From NCBI GenBank assembly GCA_965213705.1, contig OZ243913.1:1760001-1824000 (forward strand): a DNA stretch of 64,000 nucleotides, given 5' to 3'. Both the position numbers and the translations under genes were made by a program. The DNA is from Trueperaceae bacterium. Its GTDB lineage: Bacteria > Deinococcota > Deinococci > Deinococcales > Trueperaceae. This document shows positions 42,151 through 51,830 of the stretch, in pieces (positions within the stretch are counted from its first letter, which is position 1; every line of letters starts with the position of its first letter). The notes under the pieces are model-generated. The model did not search any database, was not told the DNA's origin, and worked only from the letters and a program-made list of their open reading frames with translations.

Positions 42151-42336
42151 CAGCAATTCAAGATGAGCAGGAAAAGCCCCCCCTTAACAAGGGGGGTTGG
42201 GGGGATTTGCTTCTGTAAAGACACTGTAGAGGTTTTCACAGAAGCAAACCTCCCCTAACCCCTCCTATTAGGAGGGGGATTTATTCCCCTCATTTAAGCT
42301 TCCTGCACGTGTAGTTGCCTTCATCTTGAATTGCTG
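42151..42336. mobile_element. 186-bp MITE containing REP-like hairpins
   Basis: Perfect 16-bp TIR CAGCAATTCAAGATGA / TCATCTTGAATTGCTG; 9-bp TSD TCGTTAAGC / TCATTAAGC (8/9). Confidence 0.8.
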
Positions 42337-42362
42337 TCATTAAGCGTGAGGGCTTGCACTTC

Positions 42363-43376
42363 ATGCAACTGAAACCCACCATTCAGCACATCGCCCGGCA
42401 AGCCGGGGTCAGCGTGACCACCGTGTCGCGCGTGCTGAACGAGCACCCGAACGTGCGGTCCGGCACGCGGGCGCGGGTCGAGGAGGTGATGGCGGCTCTC
42501 GAGTACCGCCCCAACTTCGCCGCGCGGAGTATGCGCACGCAGCGCTCGCAGGTTATCGCCTTTGTGACCGACCAAATCGCCACCACGCCCTTCGCGGTGC
42601 GCACCGTCGAGGGCGCGCAGCGGCTCGCCTGGGAGCACGGCAAGCTGCTGTTCGTCGTCAATACCTCCGGCGACGCGTCCTTAGAAGAAGCGGTGTTGGA
42701 GAACCTGCTCGAGCGCCAGGTCGAGGGCGTCATCTACGCCGCACTCTACCACCGCCGGGTCGAGCCGCCCGCGCTGCTCAAAGAGGTGCCGACCGTTTTA
42801 ATCGACTGCTTCAGCGACGACGGGGCGTTCACCTCGGTTGTGCCGGACGAGGCGAAGGCGGGGTTTACCGCGACGCAGACGTTGCTCGAGCTGGGCCACC
42901 GCCGCGTCGCGCTGCTGAACTTGCGCCGCGGCACGGTCGCCGCCGAGCAGCGTCAAGTGGGCTACGAACAGGCGCTGGCGGAACACGGCGTAGAACTCGA
43001 CAAAAAACTCGTCCGCTACGGCGACTGGACGGCGAGCGGCGGCTACTTACACACCCTCGCGGTGATGCAGTTGCCGGAGCCGCCCAGCGCGCTTTTTTGC
43101 GCCAACGACCGAACTGCGATGGGCGCGTACGACGCGCTGCGCGAACTCAACCTCAGAATTCCCGAAGATGTCTCGGTCGTCGGCTTCGACGACCAGGAGG
43201 TCATCGCCGCTTACCTTCGTCCCGCGCTCACGACGATGGCCTTGCCGCACTATGAGATGGGGCGCTGGGCCGTGAACGCGCTGCTCCGGCAGGACAAACC
43301 CGTTCAGGCGAAACTCGAGTGCCCGCTCGTCCCGCGCGCCTCGGTCTCGTTCAGGAGGGAGGGCGCTTTACCTTAA
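42363..43376 (+). CDS. LacI-family regulator
   Basis: TIQHIARQAGVSVTTVSRVLN, YRPNFAAR, SVVGFDD. Confidence 0.93.
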   Translation: MQLKPTIQHIARQAGVSVTTVSRVLNEHPNVRSGTRARVEEVMAALEYRPNFAARSMRTQRSQVIAFVTDQIATTPFAVRTVEGAQRLAWEHGKLLFVVNTSGDASLEEAVLENLLERQVEGVIYAALYHRRVEPPALLKEVPTVLIDCFSDDGAFTSVVPDEAKAGFTATQTLLELGHRRVALLNLRRGTVAAEQRQVGYEQALAEHGVELDKKLVRYGDWTASGGYLHTLAVMQLPEPPSALFCANDRTAMGAYDALRELNLRIPEDVSVVGFDDQEVIAAYLRPALTTMALPHYEMGRWAVNALLRQDKPVQAKLECPLVPRASVSFRREGALP

Positions 43377-43412
43377 TCCGGCACAAGCCACTTTTCAGAA
43401 AGGGAGAACACC

Positions 43413-44696
43413 TTGAAACGAATCCTGTTGATTGCACTTTTAGGTTTTAGCCTCGTCGGCGTCGCCAGCGCCCAAGAAGAGGTCACCATCTGGTTTCACT
43501 CGTCGGGCGCGGCGGACATTTACGCCCAGCAAATCGAGCGCTTCAACGCCTCGCAAGACCAGTACCGCGCGACGATTACCGAGATTCCCGGCGGGGCCAC
43601 CTCGGGCTCGGGCTACAACGACGCCGTAAACGCCGCGGCGGTCGCGGGCGACTTGCCTTGCATCCTCGACCTGGACGGCCCCAACCTCTACAACTACGCC
43701 TGGGCGGGCTTTTTGGAGCCGCTCGACGTTTACCTGCCCGAAGGGTACATGGACGACTTTTTGCAGTCAATCGTCGACCAGGGCACCTACAACGGCCAAC
43801 TTTACGCCATCGGCCCGTCGGACTCGGCCACGGGCCTCGTGTCGACCCGGCAGGTTTTGGAAGAAATCGGCGCGCGCATTCCCGAAGGCTATGACGACGG
43901 GTGGACCTGGGACGAGTTCAACCAGTACCTCACCGCCGTCCGCGACCTGCCCTCGACCGAGTACGCCATCGACACCCGGATGAACTTCGGCGCGGGCGAG
44001 TGGTACACCTACGGCTTTTCGCCCTGGCTGCAGTCCTACGGCGGCGACCTCATCGACCGCAGCGACTACCAAAGCGCCGAGGGCGTGCTGAACAGCGAAA
44101 AGTCGGTCGAGTTTATGACTTGGCTGCAGAACTTGTACCAAGACGGCTACTCCACCCTGACGCCGCCGGACAACTTCGAGTTCGTCAACGGCAAGGCGGG
44201 CATGGGCCTGTTCGTCAACTGGATGTACAACGACTACAAAGAGAAGTACGGCGACGACCTCGTGGTCATGCCCGCGCCGAACCTGGGTGAGGGGGCCGTG
44301 TCCGGCATGGGCTCCTGGGCCTGGGCGATGAGTTCGCAATGCGACAACAAAGAGGGCGCTTGGGCGCTTTTGGAGTACCTGCTTCAGGGTGAAAACCTCA
44401 ACGAGTGGACCTCGCAGTTCGGCTCGATGCCCGCGCGCATCTCGGTTCTTGACAGCCAAGAGCGCTGGCAAGAGGGCAGTGACATGTACGTGTTGCGGCA
44501 ACAGCTCGAGCAGGGCGTCGGCCTGCCCCGCCCCATCACCCCGGCTTACCCGACCATCACCACGGCCTACGCCACCGCGATGGACAACATCATCAAAGGG
44601 GCCGACGTCGAAACCGAACTCGACACCGCGGTTGACAAAATCGACCAGAACATTCAGGACAACCAGGGTTACCCGAACACGAACGAAGGACAGTAA
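43413..44696 (+). CDS. Sugar ABC transporter substrate-binding protein
   Basis: Signal peptide, family 1 SBP features, operon context. Confidence 0.9.
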   Translation: MKRILLIALLGFSLVGVASAQEEVTIWFHSSGAADIYAQQIERFNASQDQYRATITEIPGGATSGSGYNDAVNAAAVAGDLPCILDLDGPNLYNYAWAGFLEPLDVYLPEGYMDDFLQSIVDQGTYNGQLYAIGPSDSATGLVSTRQVLEEIGARIPEGYDDGWTWDEFNQYLTAVRDLPSTEYAIDTRMNFGAGEWYTYGFSPWLQSYGGDLIDRSDYQSAEGVLNSEKSVEFMTWLQNLYQDGYSTLTPPDNFEFVNGKAGMGLFVNWMYNDYKEKYGDDLVVMPAPNLGEGAVSGMGSWAWAMSSQCDNKEGAWALLEYLLQGENLNEWTSQFGSMPARISVLDSQERWQEGSDMYVLRQQLEQGVGLPRPITPAYPTITTAYATAMDNIIKGADVETELDTAVDKIDQNIQDNQGYPNTNEGQ

Positions 44697-44702
44697 GCCG
44701 TC

Positions 44703-44730
44703 GTAGGGGCGGGTTTCAAACCCGCCCTAC
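44703..44730. repeat. GTAG-type REP hairpin
   Basis: GTAGGGGCGGGTTTCAAACCCGCCCTAC. Confidence 0.75.
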
Positions 44731-44766
44731 CCCAAAAACCTACCCCTTAAAAAGAGAGGTGAGGGT

Positions 44767-45840
44767 ATGGCCCTGAACTACCGCGCTCGAGAGCGCCGCG
44801 CCGCTTGGCTCATGAGCGCGCCCGCCGTGGCGCTGTTGCTGATGTTTTTCGTAACGCCCCTGGTGCTCGGCTTCGGCTGGAGCTTTACCAACAAGCGGCT
44901 TATCTCGCCGTTGCCGACGCAGTTTATCGGCCTGCAAAACTTCGACCGGCTGCTGAGCTTGAGCGTCCTGACCCTGCAACCCGAGCGGGACGCGTCCGGT
45001 GAAATTCTGCGGGACGCGGCTGGGAACCCGGAGTACCCCCGCATCCGCAGCTTGACGCGGGGGGATGAGAGGCTCGAGGGCTTCCGCGAGTGGTTCCGCT
45101 TTTCTGTAGGGGGTGCGCCGCGCGTGGTGCTCGCCAAAGACCCCGCCTTTATGCAGTCGCTCGTCAACACCTTTATTTTCGTGCTCTTTATCGTGCCGGG
45201 GCAGGGGGGACTGGCGCTCCTGCTGGCGCTGCTGGTCAACCAGCGGCTGCGCGGCATCCAGTTTTTCCGCACCGCCTACTTTTCGCCCATCGTCACCTCG
45301 ATGGCGGTCATCGCGGTGGTGTGGACGTTTCTCTACAACCCCACGCAGGGTTTGGTGAACACGTTTTTGGAGACGGTGACGTTTGGGGCGGTGCAAAACG
45401 TGCCCTGGCTCATCAGCACCGACACCGCGCTCGCCGCGGTTATCGTCATGTCGATTTGGCACTCGGTCGGGTTGCAGATGATTATTTTTCTGGCGGGTCT
45501 CCAGGGCATTTCCGAAGCGCTTTACGAGGCCGCCCGCATTGACGGGGCGAACGCGCTGCAACGCTTCCGCTTCGTCACCGTGCCGCAGCTGCGCAACACC
45601 ATCATCTTCGTGCTCGTCAGCACCACCATTCTGGCTTTTCGGGTGTTTACCCAAGTTGACGTGATGACGCGCGGCGGCCCCGAAGACGCGACGCGAACGG
45701 TCGTGTTTCACGCGGTCGATACCGGGTTTCGGCAACAACAAATCGGCTACGGCTCGGCGGTCACGGTGGTGTTTTTCGTCATCGTCTTGACCATCGCCCT
45801 TGTGCAGCGTCGGCTGTTGCCGCCGGAAAGCGCGGTGTAG
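44767..45840 (+). CDS. Carbohydrate ABC permease
   Basis: FIGLQNF, LYEAARIDGA, GGP. Confidence 0.92.
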   Translation: MALNYRARERRAAWLMSAPAVALLLMFFVTPLVLGFGWSFTNKRLISPLPTQFIGLQNFDRLLSLSVLTLQPERDASGEILRDAAGNPEYPRIRSLTRGDERLEGFREWFRFSVGGAPRVVLAKDPAFMQSLVNTFIFVLFIVPGQGGLALLLALLVNQRLRGIQFFRTAYFSPIVTSMAVIAVVWTFLYNPTQGLVNTFLETVTFGAVQNVPWLISTDTALAAVIVMSIWHSVGLQMIIFLAGLQGISEALYEAARIDGANALQRFRFVTVPQLRNTIIFVLVSTTILAFRVFTQVDVMTRGGPEDATRTVVFHAVDTGFRQQQIGYGSAVTVVFFVIVLTIALVQRRLLPPESAV

Positions 45841-45842
45841 CC

Positions 45843-46781
45843 GTGGCACAGCGGACTTTGACGAGCGTGCCTAGCCACGTCGACTCGAGCGGCGTCGGAC
45901 CGAAACGGCCCTGGCTGCGCGTGCTCGACTACCTGTTGATGACCCTCCTGGCCGCCTTTTTTCTGTTCCCGATGGTGTTCATGATGGTCTCGGCGTTCAA
46001 GCCCGACAAGCAGATTTTCGACGACCTGCAAACGCTTCTCTACGCCTTTGTGCCGCGCAACGCGTCCTGGGACAACTTCCGCTTCGTGTTCGGGCGGGTG
46101 CCCTTTTTGCGCTACATGTTCAACTCGGCGCTCATTACCATCGTGACCGTCGGTTTGGGCCTGTTCGTCAACAGCATGATTGCCTACACGCTGGCGCGGC
46201 TGCGCTGGCCGGGGCGCAACCTCGTGTTGGCGGCCGTTATCGCGCTCATCATCGTGCCTTTAGAGGCGATTTCGATTCCGATGCTCGTGGTGGTGAACGA
46301 GCTGCCCTGGCTCAACATCGGCTGGGCGAACGGCCCGACGTTTACGTGGGTGACGAGTTGGCTCGACTCGTACCAGGTGCAGATTATCCCCTTTATCGCC
46401 TACCCGTTCGGGATTTTCTTGTTTTACCAGTTCTTTTTGGACATTCCCAGGGAGTTCGACGAGGCGGCGATTGTGGACGGGGCGAGCCCGTTCGGGATTT
46501 ACTGGCGAATTATCGTGCCGCTGGCCCGGCCGGCGTTCGCGACCGTGGCAATCTTGCACTCGCTGGTGATGTGGAGCGCTTACCTATGGCCGCTGATGAC
46601 CACGCGCGGCACCGCGTACCGGCCGCTGACCATCGGCATTACACAGATGTACTTAGAAGACATCGAGTGGGGCGCGATTATGGCGTACGCGTCGATGGCG
46701 ACGCTGCCGCTGCTGCTGATTTTTTTGATTTTCCAGCGCTGGTTCATCCGCAGCGTGGCGTCGTCGGGTGTGAAGGGGTGA
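45843..46781 (+). CDS. Carbohydrate ABC permease
   Basis: DEAAIVDGA, YLWPL, SSGVKG. Confidence 0.92.
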   Translation: MAQRTLTSVPSHVDSSGVGPKRPWLRVLDYLLMTLLAAFFLFPMVFMMVSAFKPDKQIFDDLQTLLYAFVPRNASWDNFRFVFGRVPFLRYMFNSALITIVTVGLGLFVNSMIAYTLARLRWPGRNLVLAAVIALIIVPLEAISIPMLVVVNELPWLNIGWANGPTFTWVTSWLDSYQVQIIPFIAYPFGIFLFYQFFLDIPREFDEAAIVDGASPFGIYWRIIVPLARPAFATVAILHSLVMWSAYLWPLMTTRGTAYRPLTIGITQMYLEDIEWGAIMAYASMATLPLLLIFLIFQRWFIRSVASSGVKG

Positions 46782-48235
46782 CGTTCAAGCTCGAGCCCCT
46801 TTTGACGCGCCGCCTGGAGCACAGCCGCCACCGCCCGCGCTACCACTTTTTGCCGCCCGCCAACTGGATGAACGACCCGAACGGGCTCATCCGCTGGGGC
46901 GACGAGTATCACCTGTTCTACCAGTACAACCCCGTCGACGCCGCCTGGGGCGGTATCCACTGGGGCCACGCGGTGAGCGGCGACCTCGTTCACTGGCGAG
47001 ACGAGGTCATCGCCCTGTCGCCCCAACCCGGCACGCCCGACGAGGACGGCTGCTGGTCGGGCTGCGCTGTCGACGACGACGGCACGCCGACTCTCTTTTA
47101 CACCGGGCTGAGGGGCGACTCGGCCCGGACGGGCAGCCAAAACGTCTGTGTAGCGACCGGCTCAACTGACCTGAAAGTTTGGAAGAAATTCGAAAATAAT
47201 CCTATCCTCGAGCCCCCCCCTCACCTCCCCCTGACCGCCTTCAGGGACCCGAGCGTGTGGCGGCAGGACGGGGTTTGGTACCTCTGCATCGGCGCAGGCA
47301 TCGAAGGGCGGGGCGGGGCTGCGCTGCTCTACCGTTCTGAAAACTTGCGCGCCTGGGACTACCTCGGCCCGCTGCTCGTGGCGGACGAGCTAGGAGATGA
47401 CCTGACCCGCGCCGACGTTTGGGAATGCCCGCAACTGCTCGAGTTCGGCTCCAAACAGGTTCTCCTGTTCAGCGTGCTCAGGCGGGACGAGACGCCCCGG
47501 ACGCGCTACTCGGTCGCGCTGGTGGGTGAATTCAGGAACGCGAAGTTCGACGTCGAAACGGTTCAAAAACTCGACCACGGCGACTTTCACTTTTACGCGC
47601 CGCAAACGTTGCGTGACCGTGACGGCCGCCACCTCGTCTGGGGTTGGGTCCAGGAGGGCCGGAGCGCCGCGGCGCAGCGGGCGGCGGGGTGGTCGGGGGC
47701 GATGTCCTTGCCGCGCGTGGTGACGTTTCAGCGGGGCGGCCTCCACTTTTCTCCCGCCCGTGAAATAGAGACCCTGCGAGACACCTGTCTGACGCTGGCC
47801 GGGGAGCAGGCTGTTTCCGGTGACCAGTTGGAAGTCGTCGCGGTTTTTTCACCCAAATACGCGTGTGGGCTGACCCTGGCCCACGGCGGGACGGAGCAAA
47901 CCCGCATCGTGTACGACCCGGCCCAGGGCTGTTTGAGTGTAGACCGCGCGCGCAGCAGTTCGGACGCGAGCGGGGCACCGCACACGCACCCCAACGAAGG
48001 CGCGTTGGCGCTTCAGGTGGGCGAAGCTTTGACCCTGCGGGTGTTCGTCGACCACTCGGTCATCGAAATTTTTGCCAACGACCGCTTTTGCCTGACCACG
48101 CGAGTGTATCCCCAGGGTCGGGACCGTTTGAACGTCCAGCCGTTTTTTAGCGGCGGGGCGAGGTTGCTCGAGTTCCAGGCCTGGACGATGCGCTCGATTT
48201 GGCAGCCCGCCCGAACACCCGAAGTCGGTAAGTGA
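46778..48235 (+). CDS. GH32 beta-fructofuranosidase
   Basis: WMNDPNG, WSG, FRDP, WECP, DHSVIEIF. Confidence 0.93.
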   Translation: MTFKLEPLLTRRLEHSRHRPRYHFLPPANWMNDPNGLIRWGDEYHLFYQYNPVDAAWGGIHWGHAVSGDLVHWRDEVIALSPQPGTPDEDGCWSGCAVDDDGTPTLFYTGLRGDSARTGSQNVCVATGSTDLKVWKKFENNPILEPPPHLPLTAFRDPSVWRQDGVWYLCIGAGIEGRGGAALLYRSENLRAWDYLGPLLVADELGDDLTRADVWECPQLLEFGSKQVLLFSVLRRDETPRTRYSVALVGEFRNAKFDVETVQKLDHGDFHFYAPQTLRDRDGRHLVWGWVQEGRSAAAQRAAGWSGAMSLPRVVTFQRGGLHFSPAREIETLRDTCLTLAGEQAVSGDQLEVVAVFSPKYACGLTLAHGGTEQTRIVYDPAQGCLSVDRARSSSDASGAPHTHPNEGALALQVGEALTLRVFVDHSVIEIFANDRFCLTTRVYPQGRDRLNVQPFFSGGARLLEFQAWTMRSIWQPARTPEVGK

Positions 48236-48256
48236 GGGGCGTCGGTTGAGGAACGC

Positions 48257-49630
48257 TTAGCCTGTCCTAGAGCCCTCCCCGTCGTCCTCACTCGTCGTCG
48301 CCACGCGTGTCCGGGTGGCGGCTTCGCCGGGGATTTTGATGTTGCTGGCGATGGGCGGGACGAGGTGTTTCTCGCGGTAGGCCAGGCGCTCGGCGGCGGC
48401 GCGGTAGCCGCTCAGCAGCGCGCCGTGGACGGTCGCGGCGCGGTGTTCGGGCTCGGTCGCCTCGCCCGCCCAATAGAGCGGCGGGGTCGGGGCCGCGAGG
48501 CGTTCGCGTGCGCCGTCGTGACCGGGCAGCACAAAGCTGTAGCCGCCCCGCGTGTAGGGGTCGTCTGGCCAGTTGACGAGGTGCGTGGCGGTAGCTTTTA
48601 GGTCGGGCCGGCCGAGTTCTTCGCGCAGGGCGGCCAACCCGCGTTCCAGCGCGCCCGCCTCGCCCGCGGCGAGCAAGTCCACCGCTCCGTCACCCGACAC
48701 GAAGGCGGTCCAGACGGTTTCCGCGCCGGCGTGCCCGAAGCTCGGCGACCACCACATGGGCGGGTTGAGGCGGCTGTAAAGCGCCATAATGCCCTCGTCC
48801 AAAATCGGCTCGGCAAACTTGTAGACGAGTTTGATGACCGGCCCCATGCGCAAGCCCGCCAGGGCGAACTGTTTCGTGTCGGGCAGGGCGGGCGCAAAGT
48901 GGACGGCGTCGGCCTGCAACACGCCCAAAGGTAGCGCGACGACGGCCGCGTCGGCGTCATGGGTTTGACCGTCCAGGGTTGTCACGCGCACGCCGCCATT
49001 AGCGACCCACTCGAGTCTCACCACGGGGTCGCCCGCGTGAACCTCTAAGTTTGTAGCCAAATGCTCGACGAGCGTGTCGTAACCGCTCATCAGCCGGTAG
49101 TCGCCCAGGCCGCCCTCCTCACCCTTGCCGCGCAGCGCGGCGAGCATGGCCTTGGCGCTCAAAAAGCGCATACTCTCGCCGCACGCGTTGGCGTAGGAGC
49201 GTTTGACGTAGCGCAGTTGCGTCGCGTCGAAGCCGATGCGGCTCAAGTAGTTGCGCCAATTTTCAAAGGGCAACGGCTCGACCTCGGGCAGCGCCCAGGA
49301 GCGCGTTATGTCGAAGTCGGGGTGGGTGGCGCGGGCGTCCGCCATCGTCAGCAGCGCACCGTCTTCAAGCCTCACCAGCGAGTCGTCTTGCTTGTTCCAG
49401 TGCAGCGTCGGCAGCTTGAGGTCGCGGATGAGTTCCCAGGTTGCGGCCCGTTCGCCGTGGATAAATTCGGCTCCGAATTCGACCGGTACGTCGGCGAACG
49501 TCCGGTCGGTGTAGGCGCGACCGCCGAGGCGGTCTTTGGCCTCCAAAACGACGACCTCTTCCCCGGCTTCTCGCAGCGCTTTGGCGGCGGCTAAACCTGC
49601 GACACCCGCCCCTAGGACCAACGTGCTCAC
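48257..49630 (-). CDS. Flavin monoamine oxidase family protein
   Basis: GAGVAGL, EAKDRLGGR, GAEFIHG, WAGEAT, TVHGALLSG. Confidence 0.9.
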   Translation of the reverse strand: MSTLVLGAGVAGLAAAKALREAGEEVVVLEAKDRLGGRAYTDRTFADVPVEFGAEFIHGERAATWELIRDLKLPTLHWNKQDDSLVRLEDGALLTMADARATHPDFDITRSWALPEVEPLPFENWRNYLSRIGFDATQLRYVKRSYANACGESMRFLSAKAMLAALRGKGEEGGLGDYRLMSGYDTLVEHLATNLEVHAGDPVVRLEWVANGGVRVTTLDGQTHDADAAVVALPLGVLQADAVHFAPALPDTKQFALAGLRMGPVIKLVYKFAEPILDEGIMALYSRLNPPMWWSPSFGHAGAETVWTAFVSGDGAVDLLAAGEAGALERGLAALREELGRPDLKATATHLVNWPDDPYTRGGYSFVLPGHDGARERLAAPTPPLYWAGEATEPEHRAATVHGALLSGYRAAAERLAYREKHLVPPIASNIKIPGEAATRTRVATTSEDDGEGSRTG

Positions 49631-49679
49631 AAACTAAGTTTCATGCTCGAATCACGCCGCAACCCTCACAAACCCAACC

Positions 49680-50357
49680 TCATACCAAAGCAACCCTGAA
49701 AGCAGGTTGGGGAGCGGGGCGCTCGAGCCGTGCGGGCGTTTCCCAGACGATGAGCATTCCGGCGTGCTCCGCCTGGTGGTCCCATGAGTAGTTTTCTATC
49801 AGGGTACGGGGCGTAAAGCCTTTGCGCATCTGTACGCTCACGGTGGGGTCGAACAGTTCACCGCGCATCACCTTGCCCGCATATTCGCGCAACGACATCT
49901 CGTGTTTGAAGTTCTTGTACCCTTTCAACATACCGCCCGCGTAAATGCCTTTGAGGTTCAGGCCTTGCGCCAGGTCGAACTGCGCTTTGTACAGCGCGGA
50001 GCCCACCCCCATCCCCTGGTAGTCGGGGTGGACGGCCTTTTCGACACCGTAAAGCCAGGCACCCTCGGGCGCGTGGTTGACGATGTTCAAGTCGCCAATC
50101 ATCTCGCGCCAGCTCAAGGGTCTGGCCGACGGGGCGTAGTCGGTGCGCATCGCCACCGCCACGCCGATAACTTTTTCGCGGCCGTCCACGTTGGCAACGG
50201 CGACAAACTGGCCTTCCGGAAAACGCCGCACCTGTTCGGCCAGCTCTTTTGAACCGATACAGCCTTGGGTTCCCACGGGAAAATCGTTGGCGAGGCACAC
50301 GACCTCGTGTACACCGTCGCCGTGGCACCTGCTCGGATTGACAATCCGGTACGACAT
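49680..50357 (-). CDS. GNAT acetyltransferase (YkwB/YhcX N-domain-like)
   Basis: FPEGQFVA, VHPDYQGMGVG, GGMLKGY, GELFDPT. Confidence 0.85.
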   Translation of the reverse strand: MSYRIVNPSRCHGDGVHEVVCLANDFPVGTQGCIGSKELAEQVRRFPEGQFVAVANVDGREKVIGVAVAMRTDYAPSARPLSWREMIGDLNIVNHAPEGAWLYGVEKAVHPDYQGMGVGSALYKAQFDLAQGLNLKGIYAGGMLKGYKNFKHEMSLREYAGKVMRGELFDPTVSVQMRKGFTPRTLIENYSWDHQAEHAGMLIVWETPARLERPAPQPAFRVALV

Positions 50358-50504
50358 GCTATCTCTATGGCCTCTCATAACGTCGTTTGGACACCCGCCT
50401 CTAACGTTGGTTTGAGGTGTATGAGTTCGTTACAAATTGGGAAAAACGAGAAACTATCTTGGGGCGGCGGGGGTGACTTCGACTTGGTCAATCTTTAGGT
50501 TGGA

Positions 50505-50722
50505 GGCGTTACCTCTAAAACCTTCAAGACGACTGTAAAACTTTGTCGAGAGTTGTACCTCTAAAACTCGTTAGAGATACTTCTGAGGTCTCCCCGTACC
50601 GGTTTCTGCTTCTCCACAACCTTCACGCGAGAGTTTTAGCCTCCCGAAACCCCAAGGTTTCTTTTGGTTAACTCACCACTTTAGGGCTGTCTTGAAACTT
50701 TCACGCTCCCTTTCGCTCGTCT
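50505..50722 (-). ncRNA. Putative structured 5' leader or sRNA
   Basis: Extended -10 TGCTACACT at about 50729-50737; nested helices UUCAAGAC/GUCUUGAA, GAGUU/AACUC, CUAAAACUC/GAGUUUUAG, GAAACC/GGUUUC. Confidence 0.45.
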
Positions 50723-50934
50723 TGCTCCAGTGTAGCACAGCCTGGGGGTTTTGGGCAGTCGCACGTTCTCAAGATTCAGCGCAGCTACGGGAGTAGCCGA
50801 GGCGGGCTGTCAAGGTAAAAGCGAAGTTGATTTCCGCAGCGCGGCTGCTACCCCCTGAGGCCACCCCTAAGACGGTGCGACTAAACGGTGCGAAACTGTG
50901 ACCTTTTTAACAACCTGTGTTAGAGTAAACCCTG

Positions 50935-51690
50935 ATGTTTGCAACCGTGCGCATTTTGTCGGATAGTGGTCCTGTGCGCGTTGAACTGGCGAGGTGGCGT
51001 GACCAGCTTGTGGTGGTCAAACGGCTCAAGTCGCACTCGGTGTTTCTTGCCGAGCGCATTCGGCGTGAGGCGGAGGTCCTGAGCAAGCTCGAGCATGAAA
51101 ACATCGTTCCTTTGCTCGGCACCGAGGCCGACGCCATTATCTACGCCTATTACCCGGGCGTCAACTTAGCCGAAGCGCTGGACCTCGGGCCTATCCCCAT
51201 GACCCGCAGCGTCAAAATCGTCGCCGACGTGCTGAACGCGCTCGCTTACGCACACGACCACGGCGTCATTCACTGCGACGTCAAGCCGAGCAACATCTTG
51301 GTGCGCGGCGAAAAAGCGCTGCTCGCCGACTTCGGGTTTGCCAAAGACCTGGCCCTGACCGCCATCACCGACCAAAACGTGCTGCTCGGCACGCCCAACT
51401 ACATGGCGCCTGAGCAGTTTCGCGGCGACCGCAGCGACCCGCGCAGCGACCTGTACGCAACCGGCGCAGTGCTCTACCACATGCTGTCGGGTTCGCCGCC
51501 GTACGGGGGGCAAGTTATCCGCTTTTTGATAGGCGACGACAGCGTCGTGCTCGAGCCCCTGCCGCGCGAGGTCGGCGACGTTGCCGAAGTCATCTACAAG
51601 TCCTTGTCCCGCCTGCCCGAAGCGCGCTTTCAAACCGCCGGGGCGATGTTGGCGGCGCTCAGCGACGTCGGCTACGCCGTCAGCCGTTAG
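50935..51690 (+). CDS. Ser/Thr protein kinase
   Basis: VVKRL, HCDVKPSNIL, DFG, GTPNYMAPE. Confidence 0.92.
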   Translation: MFATVRILSDSGPVRVELARWRDQLVVVKRLKSHSVFLAERIRREAEVLSKLEHENIVPLLGTEADAIIYAYYPGVNLAEALDLGPIPMTRSVKIVADVLNALAYAHDHGVIHCDVKPSNILVRGEKALLADFGFAKDLALTAITDQNVLLGTPNYMAPEQFRGDRSDPRSDLYATGAVLYHMLSGSPPYGGQVIRFLIGDDSVVLEPLPREVGDVAEVIYKSLSRLPEARFQTAGAMLAALSDVGYAVSR

Positions 51691-51830
51691 CCGGGTCGCG
51701 CGAGCCGTTTGTGGGTGGTCGCCAGGATGTCATGTTCTCGCGCCGACGCCCGAACGGCCGGTGGTTCTGTAGCGACAAACCGCGAACCACGCCACCCGCT
51801 CACGCGACGAACACTGTGTAAGCGGACGCC

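Noticed and set aside
46346..46777. N-terminal extension of GH32
   Set aside because: Overlaps the permease; the real start is GTG 46778.
50510..50570. GTTTTAGAG on the minus strand, reminiscent of type II CRISPR repeats
   Set aside because: Only two 12-bp copies, no full-length repeats and no cas genes.
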